A stretch of 64,000 bases of DNA, from positions 104,780,001 to 104,844,000 of the forward strand of contig OX597815.1 of the NCBI GenBank assembly GCA_951406725.2, read 5' to 3'. A program made the position numbers and the translations under genes. Shown piece by piece: positions 56,117 through 64,000 of the stretch. Position 1 is the stretch's first letter. Each line of letters starts with the position of its first letter. The stretch is from Octopus vulgaris (Eukaryota). Under the pieces are notes generated by a model. It was not told where the DNA came from. It did not search any database and saw nothing but the letters and a program-made list of their open reading frames with translations.

Positions 56117-57009
56117 GGAGAGGAAAAATTATAATAAGGCAGAATGCTAAATTGAAAGTAAATTTTAATAAAAATGGGTGTATGAAAAATTAAAAAAGAA
56201 AAAATAACAAATCAAACCGATTTTCATTGCAAGGCAAATTTTCAAGATTTGGAAGGGGAAAATTTTTTTTTAAATTGAGGAAGGGGAATTTTTTTTTTAA
56301 AATTGCGGAAGGGGAAAAAGAAATTTACAATGTTTTTTCAAAACAATAATAATACATATATACAAAAGTTAATAAATATGTATACCAATACATTGTAGAG
56401 TCTTTATGCTTTTAGAGTTCAATAATAGTCCTTGGAAAAACTTCTTTGGAGGATTAGGATGCATGAGTTTAAATGTAGTGTATATTTTGAAAGAGTGGGT
56501 GATTGTGTGTCAAAACAGGAAATAGGGTAGGAGTTATCCAGTTTCTGTGAGTAAGGGGAGACAATTCTGTGGATTTTATGCTTTTTAATTGGAATGGTGG
56601 TTTATTTGTCAAACATGATGCTTATATCATTTTTTTCTCAGATGGGATGCTAAAAAAAGGAGTATGATCATGTGGAGCTTGCATATTAAGACGCGTTTGG
56701 AATTTTTCAATAAAAAGATTCTCTTTGTTGATTCTTTCTTGTGTAGAGTTTCTGTCTTTACATTGGTAGAAAGGGAATATGTGAAATTTGGGATTTTTAT
56801 CTCTAGCGCAAGAGATATTTTTTCCATTTCCAAATCTTGAAAATTTGCCTTGCCTTCAAGACCGGTTTGATTTATTATTTTTTCTTTTTTAATTTTTCAT
56901 ACACCCATTTTTATTAAAATTTACTTTCAATTTAGCATTCTGCCTTATTATAATTTTCCTCTCCTATCATTTCTACACGTACGGTTAACACAACCCCACT
57001 ATTTACTGA

Positions 57010-57012
<3 letters not shown>
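56114..57012 (-). mobile_element. 5'-truncated Penelope-like element: inverted pseudo-LTR + GIY-YIG C-terminus + pseudo-LTR
   Basis: ~150-bp inverted repeats at 56114-56262 and 56820-56967; ~45-bp tail at 56968-57012; minus frame 56810-56685 reads CARDKNPKFHIFPFYQCKDRNSTQERINKENLFIEKFQTRLN; both ends in (TA)n. Confidence 0.85.
56209..56250 (-). ncRNA. Minimal hammerhead-like motif, U3:A8 core variant (degenerate; inverted copy at 56832-56873, +)
   Basis: AAATC-TTGAAAA-TTTGCCTTGCAAT-GAAA-ATCGGT-TT-GATTT, same sense as the GIY-YIG frame; the inverted copy has ACCGGT. Confidence 0.5.
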
Positions 57013-57062
<50 letters not shown>

Positions 57063-57153
57063 ATTTATATAAAGGAGAAAATCATTATTTAAATACCGAT
57101 CTTATCAGGTGGCCAGCATTGGAATAAAAACCTTCAAAGGTAATAATTATTAG

Positions 57154-57338
57154 TAAAATTATAATTTAGGGTATCTAAGAGATACCACCACGCTGGAAAT
57201 ACCAGCCAAAACCCGACTCTAAAACCACATTATATGTCCATACAGCTGTGTGGACATTTAATGTGATTTTAGAGTCGGGTTTTGGGTGCTATTTCCAGCG
57301 TGGTGGAATCTCGTAGATACTCTAAATTATAATTTTTA
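57154..57338. repeat. Spacerless ~185-bp imperfect palindrome centred on ACAGCTGT
   Basis: Arms 57154-57245 and 57246-57338 are reverse complements with scattered mismatches. Confidence 0.95.
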
Positions 57339-57905
57339 CACACACACGCACGCACACATACACACACACACATATATATATGCATAGAGATATAAATATA
57401 TAGGCAGATATATATATATATATAAGTACATATACAAATACAGATAGAAGTATAGATAGATATACAAACATACGCACACGTACACACACACTCACACATG
57501 TATGCATATACTTACTCACACACACATACATACATATATATATATATATATACATGCGCGTGGGTTGGTATATATAAAAATACACATATATATGTATGTA
57601 TATATTTATGTATATGTATATATGTATTATGTATATATATATATATATATGTGTGTGTATGTATGTGTGTGTGTGTGTTTGTGTGTGTGTACAAGCCTGT
57701 CGGACTAACGTGTTTTCAGAATGAAGCTAGTGAAACTAATAGCAGCTCGAATTTAAATTCCTTGTGTATTAAATGATATTTATCTCTCACTTGATGGAGT
57801 ACATTTACGTTGATGTCATCAATAACGGAACTCTACATTATATATGTATTTATGTGTGTGCGTTTCTGTGCGCGTATGTATATATGTATATGCATATATA
57901 TATAC

Positions 57906-57974
<69 letters not shown>

Positions 57975-58001
57975 TACATGCACACACAAATAAACTGGTC
58001 A

Positions 58002-58132
58002 AGTATGATGGCGCAGTGGTTGTAGTCGTGTTCTTTCATAGTCCATTTTAATTATGTTGTTTTTGCTGTTGTTATGTATACATTGGTGTCTATCAATAAC
58101 ACACACAAACACACACACACATACACACGTGT

Positions 58133-58163
<31 letters not shown>

Positions 58164-58907
58164 TGATAGACTCCAAGAGGTCTGGACTAGAACGTCTGTC
58201 GCTGTGCTCGACCAGTTCTCTGTAAAAAATCTTATCTTCTATGCTGTAAATTACAACCACAAACAAAATGTCCACTTTTGGAGTACCTCAGCAACCTTTA
58301 CATTTTGTGCTCAAATTAGAATCAACATCAATTCTTTACTCTTTTAGTGTTGTGCTTGAATTCTCTTTTGCTGCTTCCTCATATTAGAAAGTTTCTTCAA
58401 CTATGTCAAACGTCTTTCTCGAGTGATATATCATTTTTATGCCACAGGCTGATTTTAGGTATTATCCAATCTGGGCTACCCTGCTCAGTTCGCCTTGTTT
58501 CATGAGCAACTGTCTAACTTTCGTCTCTTCATATGTTTCGTCTCTTCTCCTGCCGTAATTGGGCATTTTCTTCTGCCAATCTCCATTCTTTGAAAGATGC
58601 ACTCTTGTGTCTCGTAGTTGTTGATCACTGACTACAAACAATTTAAGTTTTCTACATGCGTATGCAAAACCCTTTCCACTTTGTAAGTTTCACTGTTGGT
58701 TGTTTTTTTAGTAATGTTTCTGCATTTCGAGATAGTAGAGGTGGTGTAGTGGAAATCGTGTTTGTGTCATAATCGTGTTGTCTTGCTCTCACTGCTGTTA
58801 CTTTTGTTCAAGTTTTTGTCGTGGAGTATGATGGCGCGGTGGTGGTAGTGGTGTTCTTTCATAGTCCATTTTAATTATGTTGTTTTTGCTGTTGTTATGT
58901 ATACATT
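58002..58907. repeat. 83-bp direct repeats (58002-58084 and 58825-58907) bracketing ~740 bp
   Basis: AGTATGATGGCGC.GTGGT.GTAGT.GTGTTCTTTCATAGTCCATTTTAATTATG..TATACATT present twice with three substitutions. Confidence 0.9.
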
Positions 58908-58999
58908 ATCTGTTAATTGTGGAAGGTAATGGTGGTAAACTATTTTCATAATACCTCTATCAAAAGCCATCTCCTTCTTTTTTTTTTAATTATGCAACT

Positions 59000-59197
59000 T
59001 CTATTTGAAAATTCTAAACTTTGCCACGAAGAGAATATCTTGCAATATCCCTCAGAGGATGCTTCTTGGCATATTAACAAGATGGTACAAGAAAAATTCA
59101 AATACTGTTTTTTAAAACAACGAAATTCAGCAATACCCTGTGAGCTTCGAACAGATGTCTTCCCCTTGCATGCACAATGACAATAATAATAATAATG

Positions 59198-59277
<80 letters not shown>
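59000..59277 (+). mobile_element. Possible decayed R4/Dong 3' end followed by an (AAT)n array (59180-59277)
   Basis: FKYCFLK/TTKFSNTL* resembles IQ..AIL.TA...RKTL at 16.5 kb; the (AAT)n array is directly visible. Confidence 0.35.
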
Positions 59278-59762
59278 TATGCAGTTGGTGTTAATCGAAT
59301 TCTATTTTATACAATATTCAACATTAATTAGTCATTTGTTTGTAGTTTAGCATCATATTTCTTTAGGAAAATTCCTTTTTATAGTCCAGAAACTTTGAAT
59401 TTCAAGTCGAAACGCTAATGAAAACAATACCGTTTGTTCGTTGGCAATTAGTTATATTTTTAGAATGACTTCTCGATCAATTAAAAGAAAAATATAATTG
59501 ATTCATTTTCGCGTTTTATTATATTTATTCATTTTTGTGTTTCTTCGAGAGGAGTGAATTAATTAATAAAATCATACGTCAATGTAGAATTATTTCAAAG
59601 AGAACAATGAGAGCTTGTTTAATATTTATGGTCATGCACAAACGTGTATGAGTATATATATATACATATGCACATATGCATGCATGTATATACCTAATTA
59701 TATATATATGTGTGTGTGTCTGTGTGTCTGTGCATATGTATGCGTGTATATACCTAACTATA

Positions 59763-59810
<48 letters not shown>

Positions 59811-60000
59811 AGAAGTTTGAAAAGGAACATACAAGTGTATATGTATAAGTAAAATAAGTCAAGGTAGAAAACGCTAAAATAATTTTATCACAAAAACATT
59901 TTAGTACCGGTTTCAGACATTGAGACGTTTTCAATCCTAAGCATGGAAAAGAATTAAATTTTGGAAAAATAAATAAAAAGTTTTTTAAAACAATATTAGC
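59811..60000 (-). mobile_element. PLE-like terminal remnant with degenerate U3:A8 hammerhead-like motif (59901-59940)
   Basis: Minus strand TTAG-GA-TTGAAAA-CGTCTCAATGTCT-GAAA-CCGG-TA-CTAA; AGGTAGAAAACGCTAAA resembles AGGCAGAATGCTAAA in the 56114 end. Confidence 0.5.
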
Positions 60001-60081
60001 ATAGTATTCAACTACAAGGGACATTTTCCTTGTTTCTGCGTGTCTCTGTCTCTCCTTTTTACTTTTGTGGGCTCGAGGTCG

Positions 60082-60152
<71 letters not shown>

Positions 60153-60190
60153 CATACATATCTACATACATACATACATACATACATACA

Positions 60191-60226
<36 letters not shown>

Positions 60227-60237
60227 TATATAAAACT

Positions 60238-60691
<454 letters not shown>

Positions 60692-62364
60692 TTATTACAC
60701 ATGCATTTTTATATATACATGTATATATGCGTATGTATATACAAATACATACACACAAGCATACATACACACACTCACTCAGATACGCGAACATGTATGA
60801 GTGGGTATGTGTGTAACAAAGAGCGTGAGTGTCTGTGAGTATTTACGTATGCTTTCCTGCTTTATAAAATCAGTCTCTTGTAGTTCAACAACCACAAATG
60901 GCATCACTTGAAATCAGAGTATACTCAGAAATGCTTCTTTGTGTCTATGACCTTACTGGTTTGCGGTACAAATTGAGACCTGCCTATAATATCTGTAGTT
61001 CTTACGTGCAGGAAAATGAGAGTTAAGAAGTTTTAAAGTGAAAGTAGAATTACAACTATTTTTAAACTTCTTATCTCAAAGAGAGGTGGGAATTTGATAG
61101 AGAATTATATCTAACCTATTAAGAAACTAGAAGACAAATAGTGAGAATAGAATGTTTTGAGTTCCTTTAACATTTACAAATGCTTCAGACGTATTCATTG
61201 GTAAACATACTCTCTATTTGTTTGGGACAAGATGCCTCAACGTAGTAATTTTGATATTGACCAAATCCTTTCTCTTCCAACAAAATCCATTAAGTATTAA
61301 ATCGTAGTAAGTTACCTCATATTGAGTCGATTCTCCAAGAAGAAAACGTTATTTTATATAAGTCAAATTCGCTTTTTTTTCAAATGTTTTTAATGGTGAA
61401 ACTTGAATTTGCAAACAGGAAAATTTTTTCCAAACCACTAAATAAAGTTGTATATATCACTATCAATGTGGCAAAACAATATCGAAAATGAGAAAAGAAA
61501 TTACATTTCTAAAACAATCAAAAACTAGAACAGTGAAACACCAGATTCCAGTCGAAATATGAGAAAAGACCCAGCACATTTTGAGACGGTACGATTGGGG
61601 GATCTTTTAGACTGGACAAACCACATTACTAAGGTACTAAGCTAGTAAGGTTCCAGCGAGTTGGCTGAGGCTTTGACTCGACAATTTTCAGCATGACAGA
61701 TTATATTTATGTAACTATGAAATTATTGATGCAGCAATCTCATCTTCATTTTCATAGGTTCCTCAAATTTACGATTTTACTTTAGATCGATTCCTCAACA
61801 ACGTCCCACATGTGAGAGCCCAATGATCTGTCTAGACGGCGCTATTTCCACTAGTACGTATACACACACTCACATGTACATACATATATCTATATTCATA
61901 CCGAAATATATTCATGTTTTTTCCGCCATATATTAAACAAAATTCAGTTTCCTGCACACAAATATTCACTTTTTTACCAGTACTTTTCAATATACACAAG
62001 CATACAAACTGCGGACAACTGTCCTGTTCTTTGACCATAACAAACATATTAATTTCCACACGCACAAATACACGCAAGTACATTACATATTCACTAACAC
62101 CACGCTCACAATCACATTAATAATATACCCAAGTTTGCACTTTTACACACCTCTATACATATACATACATACCATCAAGTACACACAAACTGTGAGTCGG
62201 TCTTTTACTAATACTTTAAGTTGCCTATGCAATCGCAAGCAGATATAGTCATCCAGGGGTCCAGGGGGCCCTCTCACACTACACCCAGAGGAACATTAAC
62301 GATGAGACATTTAGAAAGTGAAAAGGCCGCATTAGTACTGGACTGATATTTATTACTGAAAAAC

Positions 62365-62448
62365 TCACAAGGCACCGTTCCAAGAATCGAATCCACAAGC
62401 TTTCGATCCTGAATTGAGCACCCTTACCAGTGGGCCATGTGCCTTCAC
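62365..62448 (-). mobile_element. Diverged tRNA-like SINE head (5041/12710 type)
   Basis: Minus strand GAAGGCACATGGCCCACTGGTAAGGGTG..GGATTCGATTCTTGGAAC. Confidence 0.6.
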
Positions 62449-63736
62449 GTCTCTGCTTTACAGATCTTCACATCCCTTCTCAACTAATTTTCCATTCATT
62501 TTATCAAAATAATATTATTTCAAGCACAGTCCCACACCTCTTTCTCTCTTTCTCTTTCTTTCTCTTTCCCTCTCCCTCGCCTTTTTCCTTATGTTCTCCT
62601 TTCATCTTTTTCTGAAGAAGGATTAACGTCATGTGCGTCTAGACAGGTTATGCTAATCTGAAGCGTTACACTAATGGCGTATTCCTTGTACAATTTTTGT
62701 CCTTGTTGTTTTTTTTATTATATTTTACTTTACAATCAAGTACACACTTGATAGATAGATAGATTGATACACACATAGATACATACATACATACATGCGT
62801 GTGTTTGTATATATATATATATTTATGTGTGTGTGTGTGTGTGTGTGTATGTATACACATATACATATACATGTGAATATATGTGTGTATATGAATGTAT
62901 CTAAGTAGGGCTGATGGTATACGTACAGATATTTGAATGCGGGTCCGTCAGGTATGATGTGGTAAACTACTGAAAAATCACTTCTTTCTACATGAATCGC
63001 ATTTTTATTGCAAGATATATATATGAAGTATAACTTAGGTTTATGAAATTCCCAGCATTTTCATTAAATCACTCTAATTGTCAACAATGCTCCATCTATG
63101 CCATAAATTTATTTACTTTTTATAGTGTTTTATCTCAAACTTAAGCATATCACAAGATGACGAATATATTTCTCGCTTCAAATATTAACACAATTTTGTA
63201 TATATAAATGTCTGTGTAGGTAATTTTGCATGGTTTTATATATATTGTATACATATGTTTTTATGGGTGTATATATGTATGTATGCGTGTGAGCCTATAC
63301 AAATGTGAGTGCGTCTCTGTGTGTGAGTGTGTGTCTGGTTGTAAATATATAATTGTATATTTTTTTATCCGCATATTTAGTTCTTTCCATCTTTTCCTTC
63401 TCAGTATTTCAGTCTCTCTATATATATTTAAACCATTAATGGCCTTCTGACTAATATAACAGAATATCACTGAATATAACTAATCTAATTTAGATCAATT
63501 TAATGTAAACTAAATTAAATATACATTACAATTATGTAACCATATATTTGGGGGAGTTATTTAATATAACATCTGTTGAGCACGATTAAGATGTGTTCAT
63601 ACTTTTCTGCTTTTAACTCTATCAATGTATCGATATATATGCATATATATATATGCATATATATATATATATATATGCATATATATATATGCATATATAT
63701 ATATATATATATATATATGCATATATATATATATAT

Positions 63737-64000
63737 GGTTCCTTGGCTAACGGTAAACTACCCAGGGCGCTAAAAGAAGGCACCATATGCCCTATCCACA
63801 AAGGAGGGAGTAGAGCAGAGGCCAAAAACTACAGGCCAGTCTCCCTGACGTCACACATAAGTAAGGTCATGTAACGAATCGTCAGAAAAAAACTGATCAC
63901 GTTCCTCGAAGAAACTAACCGTCTCACTGACACACAGCATGGCTTTCGCCCAGGAAGAAGCTGCCTTACGCAGCTGTTACAACACTACGACTGGGTACTG
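63737..64000 (+). mobile_element. CR1-type LINE RT fragment, 5'-truncated in a (TA)n array, runs off the window
   Basis: [70 protein letters not shown]. Confidence 0.92.

Overview
AT-rich, repeat-dense eukaryotic non-coding DNA (intergenic or a large intron). The SINE families and microsatellite load suggest a cephalopod, most likely Octopus (inference). I can support no intact host gene; almost every listed ORF is a microsatellite read-through or a piece of a decayed transposable element. The window contains tRNA-derived SINEs of at least three families, fragments of R4/Dong, CR1-group and RTE LINEs, three decayed mariner elements, non-autonomous Helitrons (one composite), and many Penelope-like element (PLE) remnants lodged in (TA)n arrays. 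The most notable signal is a set of minimal type I hammerhead-ribozyme motifs at PLE-like ends. Their core positions 3 and 8 co-vary (A3:U8 and U3:A8 instead of C3:G8). Related structures include fold-back architectures: a ~185-bp spacerless palindrome centred on the hammerhead-type ACAGCTGT motif, and a 341-bp tandem-plus-inverted, retrozyme-like unit. All family assignments come from motif recognition by eye; no searches were run.
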